From the NCBI GenBank assembly GCA_020697475.1, contig JAJFMO010000001.1:1-46936 (forward strand): a DNA stretch of 46,936 nucleotides, in the 5' to 3' direction. Below the pieces are notes generated by a model. It was not told the origin of the DNA and did no database searches. It saw nothing but the letters and a program-made list of their open reading frames with translations. The stretch comes from Paenibacillaceae bacterium (GTDB lineage: Bacteria > Bacillota > Bacilli > Paenibacillales > NBRC-103111). A program made the position numbers and the translations under genes. Positions 8,892 to 19,083 of the stretch are shown here, piece after piece; position 1 is the first letter of the stretch; each line of letters begins with the position of its first letter.

Positions 8892-9422
8892 TCAACCGGA
8901 TTTCATAAATTTGATGTCGGCATTGCTGGCGCGTTCTCCTTGCAAGGCAACGAATTTGCCGTCTTGCCATTGCAGATAGAAGCTGTTGTCGCCGTCCCCG
9001 AAATATTTCCAAACGATCACTTCATCTCCGCTGCGAAAGTCAGTATTCCCTTCCGTTCGGGTCAGATCGTAACGTTGATGTTCCAAGTCGTAACCGGTCG
9101 AGCCGTTGATCTCCAGATGGGTTGGGACATCGTCCGGCGTATCCAGTCCCCCCTCCAGAAAGGTGCAATGGAAGCACTCGTATACTCTTCCTTTTTCCAC
9201 AATCAGACATGAGATTTCTGCGCCGTCCTGCAAATAATACGCATAACGATGCGGCGGATAGCCCCGGTCGAAATAAACCACTTTGCCCGAAACGACATAT
9301 TCGTTCAATCCGACGGCGACGATATCCCCGACCTTCGTTTCTTCGTAAGGATTGATCGACGTCCGGGGCGGTTCTGGGCGGTTGCTGCGCACGATTTCGC
9401 CGATTCGTCTAAATATCGACAT
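8892..9422 (-). CDS. DUF4178-like domain protein
   Basis: ATG at 9422 follows AAGGAG. The family call for this 176-aa soluble protein (VGDIV...YVVSGKVVY...YYL) is from memory. Confidence 0.7.
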   Translation of the reverse strand: MSIFRRIGEIVRSNRPEPPRTSINPYEETKVGDIVAVGLNEYVVSGKVVYFDRGYPPHRYAYYLQDGAEISCLIVEKGRVYECFHCTFLEGGLDTPDDVPTHLEINGSTGYDLEHQRYDLTRTEGNTDFRSGDEVIVWKYFGDGDNSFYLQWQDGKFVALQGERASNADIKFMKSG

Positions 9423-9572
9423 GTTCCACACTCCTTGCATTGCGTTTGTTTAATACTTATACGATAAGGGAAGCCATCCGTTTCGGCAAGCGAGCGTCAC
9501 TTGCCCCCTGCAGAGGATATTTGTTATAATACGAAAGATATTTTGATGGGCAAAGAAGGAGATTGAATACAT

Positions 9573-11087
9573 TTGAAAACTTTCAACGAATTCGGCCTTG
9601 AGCCGAAAGTTATTCGCGCCATTACCGAACTGGGGTTCGAGGAATCCACTCCGATTCAAGAGCGGACAATTCCGCTGGCCATGGAAGGCCGGGATTTGAT
9701 CGGACAGGCGCAGACCGGTACTGGTAAAACGGCGGCGTTCGGAGTGCCGCTAGTTCATAAAATCGCTCAAAGCGAAGACAGAATCGTAGCCTTGATCATG
9801 TGCCCGACCCGGGAGTTGGCGATCCAGGTGGCCGAGGAGATAGGAAAGCTCGGCCGGTTCAAGGGCATTCGCTCGCTGCCGATTTACGGCGGGCAAGATA
9901 TTGTCAAGCAAATCCGCGCCTTGAAGAAGCGCCCGCAGATCATTATCGGGACGCCGGGGCGGCTGCTCGACCATATTAACCGCAAGACGATCAAGCTTGA
10001 CGATGTGCAGACGGTCGTCTTGGATGAAGCGGACGAGATGCTCGACATGGGCTTCATGGAAGACATCCAGGCTATTCTCGGTTTGGTGCCGGAAGAGCGC
10101 CATACGATGCTGTTCTCGGCAACGATGCCGCCGAACATACAACGCCTGGCGCAACAGTTTTTGCGCAATCCGGAGCATATCTCCGTCGTGCCGAAGCAAA
10201 TCAGCGCTCCGCTGATCCAGCAAGCATACATCGAAGTGCAAGAACGGCAGAAGTTCGAGGCGATGTGCCGCTTAATTGATATGGAGGCGCCGGAGCTCGC
10301 CATTGTGTTCGGGAGGACAAAGCGCAGAGTCGACGAGTTGTCCGAGGCGCTTCAGAAGCGCGGCTATTCTGCGGAAGGGTTGCACGGCGATTTGTCGCAG
10401 AATCAGCGCGATGCCGTGATGCGCAAATTCCGCGACGGCAGCATCGATGTGCTGGTTGCCACTGATGTGGCGGCGCGCGGATTGGACGTGTCAGGCGTGA
10501 CACACGTCGTCAACTTCGACTTGCCGCAGGATCCCGAGAGTTATGTGCATCGGATCGGCCGTACCGGACGGGCCGGTAAGGAAGGCACCGCATGGACGTT
10601 CGTTACTCCGCGCGAGATGGATCACCTGCATCTGATTGAGAAAGTTACCGCGGAACGCATTCTTGACGCGATACAGAGCGAAGCGTACGGAGAGTTCAAA
10701 GGTTTGGCGATCCAGTTGTTGGAGCAATACGATTCGGTCCAACTGTTGGCTTCGGCGCTGAAGCTGTTGACCGGCGAGAAGGCCGAAGTGAACATCGAAT
10801 TGACACCGGAGGAGCCGTTAAGGGCCAGAAAAAGGCGCCCGGACATCCGCAGCAGCGGACGCCGTACATCTTATGGCGGCGGCAATTCGCCGCAGCGCCG
10901 TTCCGATCGCTATGGCAGCGGAGGGGATTCGCGCTCGCGGGGGGGCGGCAGCAGAGATTACCGCGATCGCCGCGATTCGCGCGACAGCTACGGATCGCGT
11001 GACGGCCAAGGATCCCGCGACGGCGGCCGCGACCGGGTTCGCGATTACGATGGCAGCCGTTCGCACAGTCAATTCTCGAATAAATAA
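9573..11087 (+). CDS. cshA: DEAD-box ATP-dependent RNA helicase CshA
   Basis: It has the Q motif (F..LGL...[10 protein letters not shown]), [18 protein letters not shown] (VLDEADEM), SAT and [10 protein letters not shown]. The Arg/Ser/Asp/Gly-rich C-terminal tail is typical of CshA. TTG start at 9573 follows GAAGGAG. Confidence 0.93.
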   Translation: MKTFNEFGLEPKVIRAITELGFEESTPIQERTIPLAMEGRDLIGQAQTGTGKTAAFGVPLVHKIAQSEDRIVALIMCPTRELAIQVAEEIGKLGRFKGIRSLPIYGGQDIVKQIRALKKRPQIIIGTPGRLLDHINRKTIKLDDVQTVVLDEADEMLDMGFMEDIQAILGLVPEERHTMLFSATMPPNIQRLAQQFLRNPEHISVVPKQISAPLIQQAYIEVQERQKFEAMCRLIDMEAPELAIVFGRTKRRVDELSEALQKRGYSAEGLHGDLSQNQRDAVMRKFRDGSIDVLVATDVAARGLDVSGVTHVVNFDLPQDPESYVHRIGRTGRAGKEGTAWTFVTPREMDHLHLIEKVTAERILDAIQSEAYGEFKGLAIQLLEQYDSVQLLASALKLLTGEKAEVNIELTPEEPLRARKRRPDIRSSGRRTSYGGGNSPQRRSDRYGSGGDSRSRGGGSRDYRDRRDSRDSYGSRDGQGSRDGGRDRVRDYDGSRSHSQFSNK

Positions 11088-11096
11088 TCATGATGA

Positions 11097-11124
11097 CGAG
11101 GGGTCGCAAGACCCCCGTTTTTTT
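11097..11124 (+). terminator. intrinsic terminator of cshA
   Basis: GGGGTC-GCAA-GACCCC stem with flanking CG pairs, followed by T7. Confidence 0.85.
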
Positions 11125-11310
11125 GGAATTCCGGTGTATTTTCGCAGAAGAGAGAAAGCGTCCTGAAGGAGCAGCAGAGTTTGCCTCTGGCTTCAAATGT
11201 TAACTGCTGTAAGCGGTTGTTTAAGGAAATTTTGAGACAATAGCGATCGTAAGGATGACTCACTTTTACAGCGAAACTTTTCACCGATTTACATTGGGGG
11301 GATCAGACGG

Positions 11311-12129
11311 ATGGAAATGAAAGGCTGGATGGGCGGAATATATAGGGTTTGCGAATGGATCATGCGATTCGCGGTGGCCAACATCCTGTGGGTCGTCTGC
11401 TCGTTCCCGATCTTCTTCTTGTCATTGCTGGCGATCGTCAATGTGCAACTGCCGGAAGTACCGCGCGCAGCGGTGAATCAGTTGTTGCTGCTGATGGCCG
11501 TCCTCACCCCTTTCCTGTTGTTTCCCGCAACGTCAGCTATGTTCGCCTTGGCGCGCAAATGGGTCATGGGCGAAGGCGATGTGCCGCTGGTAAAAACATT
11601 TTTCCGCAGCTATAAAGAAAACTATCGCCAGAGCATGGCCGGCGGAATCGTCTTTTTCATTCTGTACGCCATCATGTACGTGAACTACCATTTCTACATT
11701 TCACAGAGCGGAAACATTCATTGGCTTGCTTATTTGTTTATTACACTTTCCATCATTATGGGTGCGGCGTTGTTCAACTTTTTCTCCCTCACCGTTCATT
11801 TTCACATGACTTTTTGGCAGATCTTGAAAAATTCGATTCTCGTCTCCATCGGGCATCCGATTACTTCCGTGGCGCTGCTGGTCACCAATTTGGCGATTCT
11901 ATATATCAGCATTGCGAAGATTACATTCCTTATTCCGTTCTTTATGGGCAGCTTGATCGCCTTCTTGTCGTTTTGGCATTTCAACCGGATTTATTCGCGG
12001 ATGCAGTTTAAGCAAGAGCAGGCGGAATATGCAGCCGAGGAAGCTAAGGAAGCCCGGGAATCGAAAGAGCTGGACGTAAAGGATGAATACAGGACGGGCG
12101 ATTCGGAGAAAAATAATAAAAATCAATGA
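11311..12129 (+). CDS. DUF624 (YesL-like) membrane protein
   Basis: The N-terminus MGGIYRVCEWIMRFAVANILWVVCSFPIFF and about 6 TM segments are typical of YesL-family proteins. The C-terminal tail is charged. Confidence 0.8.
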   Translation: MEMKGWMGGIYRVCEWIMRFAVANILWVVCSFPIFFLSLLAIVNVQLPEVPRAAVNQLLLLMAVLTPFLLFPATSAMFALARKWVMGEGDVPLVKTFFRSYKENYRQSMAGGIVFFILYAIMYVNYHFYISQSGNIHWLAYLFITLSIIMGAALFNFFSLTVHFHMTFWQILKNSILVSIGHPITSVALLVTNLAILYISIAKITFLIPFFMGSLIAFLSFWHFNRIYSRMQFKQEQAEYAAEEAKEARESKELDVKDEYRTGDSEKNNKNQ

Positions 12130-12416
12130 AAAAGCCTGTTCTGGACGGCATTGGCGGTTTACATTCCGGAACGAAGCGCCTATAATACGGTTATAAGCTT
12201 TCATGAATCCTGCGATGTGCGTTGCGGTTTTATTTGTTTTAAACCAATGGTTGTTTCAAGGGAGACCTACATCGTCTTGTCGATGACCCGCCCTCAAAAG
12301 GGGACTTCAGAAGCAAGGCTGCGGACACCCACCTGCGAGAGCAGGTTTGAAACGCAAAATCGGACGGCATAGGCGGGGTTCTAGTTTTATTACATATGTC
12401 GATCGGGGGAAAAATC

Positions 12417-13073
12417 ATGCGTATTTTTATTGATACGGCCAATGTGGACGAAATCAGACAAGCCCATGAACTGGGAGTCATTTCCGGAATTACGACCAAC
12501 CCTTCGCTCATTGCCAAGGAAGGCCGCGATTTCTTCCAGACGATCAAGGAGATCATCGAGATTGTCGGCGACATGCCAATCAGCGCGGAAGTCATCAGCC
12601 TGAAAGCGGATGAAATGGTGGAGCAAGGCAAGAAACTTGCCGCGCTTGGATCCGGAGTCGTCATCAAAGTCCCGATGTGTGAAGAAGGGCTGAAGGCGAC
12701 GAATCAACTGACGAAGCTCGGAATCAAGACGAATGTCACGCTGATTTTCTCTTCTCCGCAAGCATTGCTGGCGGCCAGAGCGGGCGCGACCTACGTATCT
12801 CCGTTCGTCGGCAGATTGGACGATATCAATCAGATCGGCATGAATTTGATCAAGGAAGTCAGCGATATATTCGCGATTCACGAGATTGAGTCGCAGATTA
12901 TTTCCGCGAGCATCCGCCATTCCACCCACATCATAGAAGCGGCGTTGCACGGTGCGCATATCGCAACGATTCCTTACAAGCTCATTCAAGGGATGGTCAA
13001 GCATCCGCTTACGACGGTCGGGATTGAGCGATTCCTGGCAGATTGGAACAGCGCTAATCAGCAGCAATTTTAA
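12417..13073 (+). CDS. fsa: fructose-6-phosphate aldolase / short transaldolase (Tal-Fsa family)
   Basis: [14 protein letters not shown]...GITTNPSL...KVP...[10 protein letters not shown] are canonical motifs of the ~215-aa Tal/Fsa family. ATG at 12417 follows GGGGGA. Confidence 0.92.
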   Translation: MRIFIDTANVDEIRQAHELGVISGITTNPSLIAKEGRDFFQTIKEIIEIVGDMPISAEVISLKADEMVEQGKKLAALGSGVVIKVPMCEEGLKATNQLTKLGIKTNVTLIFSSPQALLAARAGATYVSPFVGRLDDINQIGMNLIKEVSDIFAIHEIESQIISASIRHSTHIIEAALHGAHIATIPYKLIQGMVKHPLTTVGIERFLADWNSANQQQF

Positions 13074-13113
13074 GCAATCTAACTAAAATTTACAATAACC
13101 GGAAAATTGTTTA

Positions 13114-13145
13114 CCTCCTGAGAAAGAGTTCAGGGGGTTTTTTTA
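13114..13145 (+). terminator. intrinsic terminator of fsa
   Basis: CCTCCTGA...TCAGGGGG stem followed by a T8 run. Confidence 0.75.
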
Positions 13146-13169
13146 TACTTGTATTATTTAAATGATATA

Positions 13170-13198
13170 TTGACATACCATTAATGACTTGATATATA
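13170..13198 (+). promoter_or_regulatory. sigma-A-like promoter for the solute-binding protein/sulfatase unit
   Basis: TTGACA, 17 nt, TATATA, located 37 nt upstream of the start codon. Confidence 0.45.
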
Positions 13199-13234
13199 TA
13201 GATATATGGTTAAATTATTTAGGAGGGGTTATGA

Positions 13235-14536
13235 ATGATTCGAACGTTTCTAAAAACAGTGATTACGCTTGCAATGGTCTTGCTGGTGGTTTCGGCTTGC
13301 GGCGGCGAAGGACAAGGTGATAAAGTAGAGGGGAGCGAAGGGGCTGCCAGTGCTGAGCCGGTTACCTTGAAAGTATACCCTCAAAGCGTCAATTTGGCGG
13401 ATGAGGAATTTCAACAATTGATGGCGGACCCAGTCAAACGCAAATATCCGAATATTACCTTGGAATTAATGAAGCCAACACCCGGAACCGAGTTGGAAGC
13501 CTATGTCGCTTCAGGCGAATTTGCCGATATCGTATTTACAGGCCAAGGCATGAAAGCGATCACCCTTCTGAATCTCGAAACCGATCTCACCCCATGGATG
13601 AAGAAAAATAAAATCGATGTTGCTAAATTCGACCCGTTGGCTATCCAGAATATCCAGAGTTACGGGAAATCCGGGGAACTTGTGGCATTGCCTTTCTCGG
13701 TTAATTTCAGTGTGTTGTTTTACAACAAAGATCTGTTTGATAAGTTTGCTGTGGCGTATCCCAAAGATGGGATGACATGGGACGAAGCGATTGCTCTGGG
13801 CAAAAAAATGACCAGAGAGGAAGGGGGAGTACAATACCTGGGGTTGAACGCCCAATCCGTTCATCACATGGCTTCCCAGTTATCGCTTACTTATACGGAT
13901 CCGAAGACGAACAAAGCCGCCTTCCTAACAGATGATTGGAAACGACTGTTCAGCACTTATCTGGCCGTTTCCGATTTATCGAAAAACATCCACAAGCAGT
14001 TGAACCCACTGTTCTTGAACGACCGGGTATTAGCCATGTTCGGGGATTATGGGGCCAAGATCGGCCAACTTGAAGAACTGGCTAACACGGGAAAACCGTT
14101 GAACTGGGACATGGCTGCGATGCCGGTATATCCGGATCATCCGAAGCAAGCTTTCGGGTTTGTTGCTCAATCTTTAATGATTTCCTCTTTAAGCAAACAT
14201 AAAGATGAAGCTTTCCAAGCGATTCGCTATTTGACAAGCGAAGAGGAGCAGTTGGCGATCGTCAAGAAGGGTCGACAATCGTCGTTGCAAGGCTCTCAAT
14301 TCGAACAAGGCTTCGGTTCGGAGCTTGCCACCATGAAGGGAAAGAATATCCAGGCGATTTTCAAAAACAAGCCGGCTCCAAGCCTGGAATTTTCGCCGTT
14401 CGACGACAATTTGAACGATGAGGTCAAGAAGCAAATTTCCGCTGCGGCAGATGCGGTTACGGCAGGCAAGAAAGATATCAATACGGCTTTGCGCGAGCTG
14501 CAGGAACAAGCGGATAAAATTTATGCCGGCAAATAA
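13235..14536 (+). CDS. ABC transporter substrate-binding lipoprotein (family 1 extracellular solute-binding protein), paralog 1
   Basis: Signal peptide plus lipobox LVVSACGG. The 433-aa size and content are SBP-like. It aligns along its length with the ORFs at 37860..39173 and 42867..44204. Confidence 0.9.
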   Translation: MIRTFLKTVITLAMVLLVVSACGGEGQGDKVEGSEGAASAEPVTLKVYPQSVNLADEEFQQLMADPVKRKYPNITLELMKPTPGTELEAYVASGEFADIVFTGQGMKAITLLNLETDLTPWMKKNKIDVAKFDPLAIQNIQSYGKSGELVALPFSVNFSVLFYNKDLFDKFAVAYPKDGMTWDEAIALGKKMTREEGGVQYLGLNAQSVHHMASQLSLTYTDPKTNKAAFLTDDWKRLFSTYLAVSDLSKNIHKQLNPLFLNDRVLAMFGDYGAKIGQLEELANTGKPLNWDMAAMPVYPDHPKQAFGFVAQSLMISSLSKHKDEAFQAIRYLTSEEEQLAIVKKGRQSSLQGSQFEQGFGSELATMKGKNIQAIFKNKPAPSLEFSPFDDNLNDEVKKQISAAADAVTAGKKDINTALRELQEQADKIYAGK

Positions 14537-14577
14537 TTTGGTATAATTCGTGCAATCCAACATGGAGGAGAATATCT

Positions 14578-15758
14578 ATGAATCGTCCGAATATTTTATT
14601 TCTATTTCCCGACCAGCATCGTGGGGACTGGATGCCCTATCCGGAACATGTATTTCAAGAGCGATTCGGACTGGAGCCGCTCAAGCTGCGAATGCCGAAC
14701 GTGGCTTCCTTGATGCAGCGAGGCACCTCATTCACCCGAGCGATTACCCCTTCGCCGCTGTGCGCGCCGGCCAGAGCTTGTATCGCTTCGGGCTTGACAT
14801 ACGAGCATTGTCCCGTGAAGGGCAATGGGACGGATTATCCGATCGAATTGCCTACCTTCTATTCGGTCTTGAAGGACAACGGATACGAAGTCGGCGGTGT
14901 CGGGAAATTCGATCTGCACAAGAAAACCCACTGGTGGGGGCTTGACGGATGGATCGACGATTTGGGCCGAATGGGGTTTACTGTCGGTGTGGATAACGCG
15001 GGCAAGATGGATGCCATCAATTCCGGCAAAGACGAGCCGAAGGATCCCTATATGAAGTATTTATACGACAAAGGATTGGCTCAAATCCATCTGAGAGATA
15101 TGAAAGGCAGAGGGAAGAAGACGAATCCGACGGACCTGCCGGAGGAAGCTTATTGCGATAACTGGTTGTCGGCGAACGGAATCGAAATGATCAGAAATTT
15201 CCCGGACAATAAACCGTGGTTTCTCGTTGTGAACTTTACCGGTCCGCATGGCCCGTTCGATGTGACCAAGCGGATGTGGGATGCTTGGCAAGGGGTTGAT
15301 TTCCCTCAGCCAGTCGAGCCTTCGGACGATCGGGATCAATGCTTGGCGCTGCGGCAAAATTATGCGGCGATGCTGGAAAACATCGATCGCAATATCGGCT
15401 TGATGCTGCAGGAAAAGCAGGTCCCGGCGTGCAAGCTGGAGTCATTTCGGACGCGTTGGTGGAACTTCAGGACTTGACTCGTACGATTGTCGAATTTGCG
15501 GGTGCGAAGATGCCGGAGGCGGCGGATTCCTTGTCGCTGAAGCCTCTGCTGGCAGGCGAGGAGCAAACTCACCGGGAAGTGCAAATTTCCGCCATTGACG
15601 ATTGGAAGATGGTATCCGATGGAGAGTATAAATTGATCGTCCAGGAAGGCAAACCAGTTCGACTCTACCATTTGCCGTCAGATCCATGGGAGCTCCATAA
15701 TATCGCCGAGCAGCACGAAGATAGGGTGAATTCTTGGCGGAATCGTTACTTGGGCTAA
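14578..15758 (+). pseudogene. type I (formylglycine) sulfatase, inactivated by an internal out-of-frame deletion
   Basis: The N-terminal part carries LFPDQHRGD and SPLCAPARA (the C-x-A-x-R FGly motif). The frame breaks near 15410..15425. The downstream frame resumes at GPGVQAGVISDALVELQDL. The ~45 residues carrying xTSDHGExxGDHG, which are present in the intact paralog at 39588..41147, are missing. Confidence 0.75.
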
Positions 15759-15808
15759 GCTGGGGCTCATATCCGGTATTGAGGGAATAAACATGAAGGA
15801 TGAGAGTC

Positions 15809-16978
15809 ATGGGAACGCCTTTGTATAAGCAGTTATATCAACATATTCTTGACGAAATTATTAGCGGGCGCTTGCAAAAAGGAGATCGGGTTCCTTCCGA
15901 ACACGAATTAGCCGAACAATTCGGAGTCAGTCGAATTACGTCCAAGAAAGCATTCGATATTTTGTCACAAGCGAAAGTCATTGAACGTTCGCGCGGAAAA
16001 GGTTCATTTGTCGCTCAAACCTTACCGGATTTGGCACAGATGAAGAGCGAACTGGATGAACAAGAGTCTTCCTCCTCGGAGGGCAGACCGGACAGCGAGC
16101 AACGATTGATCGGTCTTGTGTTACCTCATTTTGCCGAGGCGTACGGATTACGCTTGCTTTACTCGATTGAGGAAGAGTGCACAAAACATCAATCCCACTT
16201 GGTTTTGAAACGAACGCATGGAAGCCAGGAGGAAGAAGAACAGGCGATTCGATCGTTAATCCGCCTTGGTGTTGACGGATTGATCGTTTTCCCGGTTCAT
16301 GGCGAACATTACAATGCTGAAATTTTGCGTCTGGTATTGAGCGGCTTTCCGTTGGTCCTGGTGGATCGTTACTTAAAGGGAATCGATTCTTACGCCGTTT
16401 ATACGGACAATTATCACGCTGCGGTTGCATTGACGGAACAGCTTCTTGATGAAGGGTATGAACAAATTGCTTTGATCTCGCCGCCGATCGAGAATACTAC
16501 CGCCCTGGAAGAAAGATTCCAGGGTTTTTCGGCCGCGCTAGCCTCCAGAAACATCGTGCCGAATCCGGAATATTGTCTGATGAGCTTGCTCAGCACGCTG
16601 CCATCGTCTGTGCGGGAACAGCAACTGGCGGAAGATCGGAAGAAGCTGGAGCGATTCATCGTGCAAAATCCGCAAATCAACGCATTTGTCGCCTGCGAGC
16701 ATAGTTTGGCTGTATTGCTCTTTCGCTTATTAACGGAGATGGGTAAGAAGATGCCTGACGACTACTCCATCGTCTGTTTCGATTCTTTGAAAGACTCGCT
16801 AGGCAAGCCTTTGTTCACGCACATTCTTCAAGATGAACAGATGATGGGGAAGGTCGCAATGGATAAACTGTTAAATCAAATATCCGGACTCTCGAACTCA
16901 TCTACCAAGCTGACCGTAGTCGAATACACTCTGGTTCAAGGCAGTTCCACCCGTGTTCAGCACCATGGCGAAACCTGA
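15809..16978 (+). CDS. GntR-family transcriptional regulator with LacI/PBP1-type sugar-binding domain
   Basis: GntR winged helix-turn-helix (PLYKQLYQHILDEIISGRLQKGDRVPSEHELAEQFGVSRITSKKA). An acidic/Ser linker follows, then a periplasmic-binding-protein-like fold (LIGLVLP...DGLIV...VLVDR). Confidence 0.85.
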   Translation: MGTPLYKQLYQHILDEIISGRLQKGDRVPSEHELAEQFGVSRITSKKAFDILSQAKVIERSRGKGSFVAQTLPDLAQMKSELDEQESSSSEGRPDSEQRLIGLVLPHFAEAYGLRLLYSIEEECTKHQSHLVLKRTHGSQEEEEQAIRSLIRLGVDGLIVFPVHGEHYNAEILRLVLSGFPLVLVDRYLKGIDSYAVYTDNYHAAVALTEQLLDEGYEQIALISPPIENTTALEERFQGFSAALASRNIVPNPEYCLMSLLSTLPSSVREQQLAEDRKKLERFIVQNPQINAFVACEHSLAVLLFRLLTEMGKKMPDDYSIVCFDSLKDSLGKPLFTHILQDEQMMGKVAMDKLLNQISGLSNSSTKLTVVEYTLVQGSSTRVQHHGET

Positions 16979-17097
16979 ACGAACAGGAAAAGCATACATT
17001 TTATCATTGTCACATGGCACAAATTTCGCTACAATTAACTAGTTAATTCGGACACTTCATCTTGTCCGTCTATCGTATATCACCAGGAGGTTATATC

Positions 17098-17964
17098 ATG
17101 CCTTTAGTATCATCCACTCCGCTGTTGCAAACGGCGAGAGCCAACGGATATTGCATTGGCGCTTTCAACGTGCATACGCTTGAGATGCTGCAAGCCGTTG
17201 TCGAAGCGGCTGAGGAGACCGAGTCCCCGCTTATTATCCAATCGACCGTAGGCACAGTGAAGCATCTCGGGGCGGATTATATCGCCGCTGCAGCCACGGT
17301 GGCCGCCAACACGAATAAAGTACCGATCGCCTTGCATCTCGATCATTGCACCGAGTTCGAAACGATTGTCCAGTGCATTCGCGCCGGTTACACCTCGGTC
17401 ATGATTGACGCTTCTCACCATCCGTTCGAGGAGAATGTGAGGCAGACGAAACAGGTTGTTGAGTTGGCGAAAGCGATCGGAATCAATGTCGAAGCCGAGC
17501 TTGGCAAAGTCGGCGGGGTCGAAGACGAGATCGTCGTCGCCGAGAACGAAGCGCTGATGGCTGACCCGAACGAATGTGCCGAATTCGTCGAACGAACGGG
17601 AGTACCGACTCTGGCTCCGGCGATCGGGACGGCACACGGCATCTACAAAGGTGAGCCGAAAATCGATTTCGATCGAATCGATCGCATTGCCAAGCTGGTC
17701 GATGTGCCTCTGGTGCTGCACGGCGGTTCGGGCATTCCCGAAGCCCAAGTGCGCCGCGCCGTTTCGTTGGGCATGGCGAAGATGAACGTCGCGACGGAAC
17801 TGCGCATCGTCTTCTCCGACACGATCAAAGACGTATTCGCCAAGCATCCGGACGAGAACGACCCGCGCAAATATATGGTGCCGGCGAAGCAGGCGCTCAA
17901 AGCGGCGGCGATCGAGAAGATGCGTCTTTGCGGCTGCATCGGCAAAGCCCGCGATTTCCGCTAG
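17098..17964 (+). CDS. class II fructose/tagatose-bisphosphate aldolase family protein (GatY/KbaY-like)
   Basis: GAFNV...PLIIQ...LHLDH...SVMIDAS...EAELG...GTAHG...LVLHGGSG are class II aldolase motifs. ATG at 17098 follows AGGAGG. Confidence 0.9.
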   Translation: MPLVSSTPLLQTARANGYCIGAFNVHTLEMLQAVVEAAEETESPLIIQSTVGTVKHLGADYIAAAATVAANTNKVPIALHLDHCTEFETIVQCIRAGYTSVMIDASHHPFEENVRQTKQVVELAKAIGINVEAELGKVGGVEDEIVVAENEALMADPNECAEFVERTGVPTLAPAIGTAHGIYKGEPKIDFDRIDRIAKLVDVPLVLHGGSGIPEAQVRRAVSLGMAKMNVATELRIVFSDTIKDVFAKHPDENDPRKYMVPAKQALKAAAIEKMRLCGCIGKARDFR

Positions 17965-17996
17965 ATTTATAGTTACAATGGGAGGAGCAACACCGA

Positions 17997-19052
17997 ATGA
18001 AGCTTTTGGCTTGGAAAAGGGCGCGCGCGTATATCGCGGCGGCGGCCCTGGTCTCCACGCTTGCCCTGACTGCGTGCACGAATATCGAGATGGACACGAA
18101 AGAGGCGGCGGCTCCGCCGGATACCTCGGTCGAGCGGCTTGACGGGGTCAAGACCGATACCCCGATGCGTACGGCAGAAGTGTTCGACAAGGACAAGTAC
18201 AAAGGGATGATGACGATCCGTTATTTGTACCTGACCGGAGATACGGCGATGGGCGACGCGATTGTGATCCAGTCTCCCGACGGCAAGACGATGATGATCG
18301 ATTCCGGCTCCGCAGGAGCGGGTTCGCAAGTTGTGAAACATTTGAAAAATTTAGGCATCGATAAAATTGACGTAGCCCTGAACACGCATCCCCACTCCGA
18401 TCATATCGGCGGCTTTTACAGTGTTGCGAACGCGATGCCAATCGGCCAATTTTATATGGAAAATCTGGAGTTGCCCAGCAAGTCCTACTCGAACTCGATA
18501 TCCGCTTTGAAGAGGAAGAACGTGCCGATCACGTATCTGGAAGAAGGCTCGACGTTCAAACTGGGTGACGAAATTACTGCGGAAGTGTTAAGTCCGAAGA
18601 AAGGCGATTTGCCGGATAAAGTGTTGAAGGCGAAAGATGCCACGACGGACAGCGATGCAGCGATCGTCAACTATTACGCGTTGGTCGTGAAGATGACGTA
18701 TAAGAACAACACCTTCCTATTTTCAGGAGATATTTACACGAACCGTGAAGAAGAGCTGATCAAGCAGTACGGCGACAAGCTGAATGTCGATTTGGCGCAC
18801 GGCAATCACCATGGCTGGACGACATCCAACGGCAACCCGTGGATCACAGCCACGTCTCCTCAAATTGCCTTGGTGAGCAACAACATCTTCCGAAATCTGG
18901 ATGTCATGAAGCGCTACGACAACCATAAAACGAAAATTTTCACTACCCGGTTTAACGGGACGATCCTGGTGACGTCGGACGGGAACAAGCTGACGGCGAT
19001 TCCGGAACGGAACACAAGCAATTTGCCTCCGGGATTTTTGAAAAATCAGTAA
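17997..19052 (+). CDS. MBL-fold metallo-hydrolase lipoprotein (ComEC C-terminal-like)
   Basis: Lipobox LALTACTN. It carries the HxHxDH motif (NTHPHSDHIGG), later His/Asp ligands (LAHGNHHG), and DAIVIQSPDGKTMMIDSG. Confidence 0.85.
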   Translation: MKLLAWKRARAYIAAAALVSTLALTACTNIEMDTKEAAAPPDTSVERLDGVKTDTPMRTAEVFDKDKYKGMMTIRYLYLTGDTAMGDAIVIQSPDGKTMMIDSGSAGAGSQVVKHLKNLGIDKIDVALNTHPHSDHIGGFYSVANAMPIGQFYMENLELPSKSYSNSISALKRKNVPITYLEEGSTFKLGDEITAEVLSPKKGDLPDKVLKAKDATTDSDAAIVNYYALVVKMTYKNNTFLFSGDIYTNREEELIKQYGDKLNVDLAHGNHHGWTTSNGNPWITATSPQIALVSNNIFRNLDVMKRYDNHKTKIFTTRFNGTILVTSDGNKLTAIPERNTSNLPPGFLKNQ

Positions 19053-19083
19053 CGTTGGAAAGCGCGGTGCAATATTCAAGCCT

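Noticed and set aside
10830-11087. Repetitive RD/RS/GG-rich coding stretch at the 3' end of cshA as a possible tandem repeat or mobile remnant
   Set aside because: It is in frame and continuous with the helicase. It corresponds to the well-known disordered Arg/Gly/Ser-rich C-terminal tail of CshA-type helicases.
12390-13067. 225-aa minus-strand ORF exactly antisense to the fsa/tal gene
   Set aside because: It mirrors a confidently identified gene and has an Arg/Asp/Leu-biased composition typical of antisense frames in GC-rich coding DNA. It has no RBS, and I recognise no family.
17110-17847. 245-aa minus-strand ORF antisense to the class II aldolase (similar cases at 18723..19388, 25522..26121, 34715..35329 and 3756..4547)
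   Set aside because: All of these lie inside, and opposite to, genes with strong family signatures. They lack ribosome-binding sites and have antisense-type composition.
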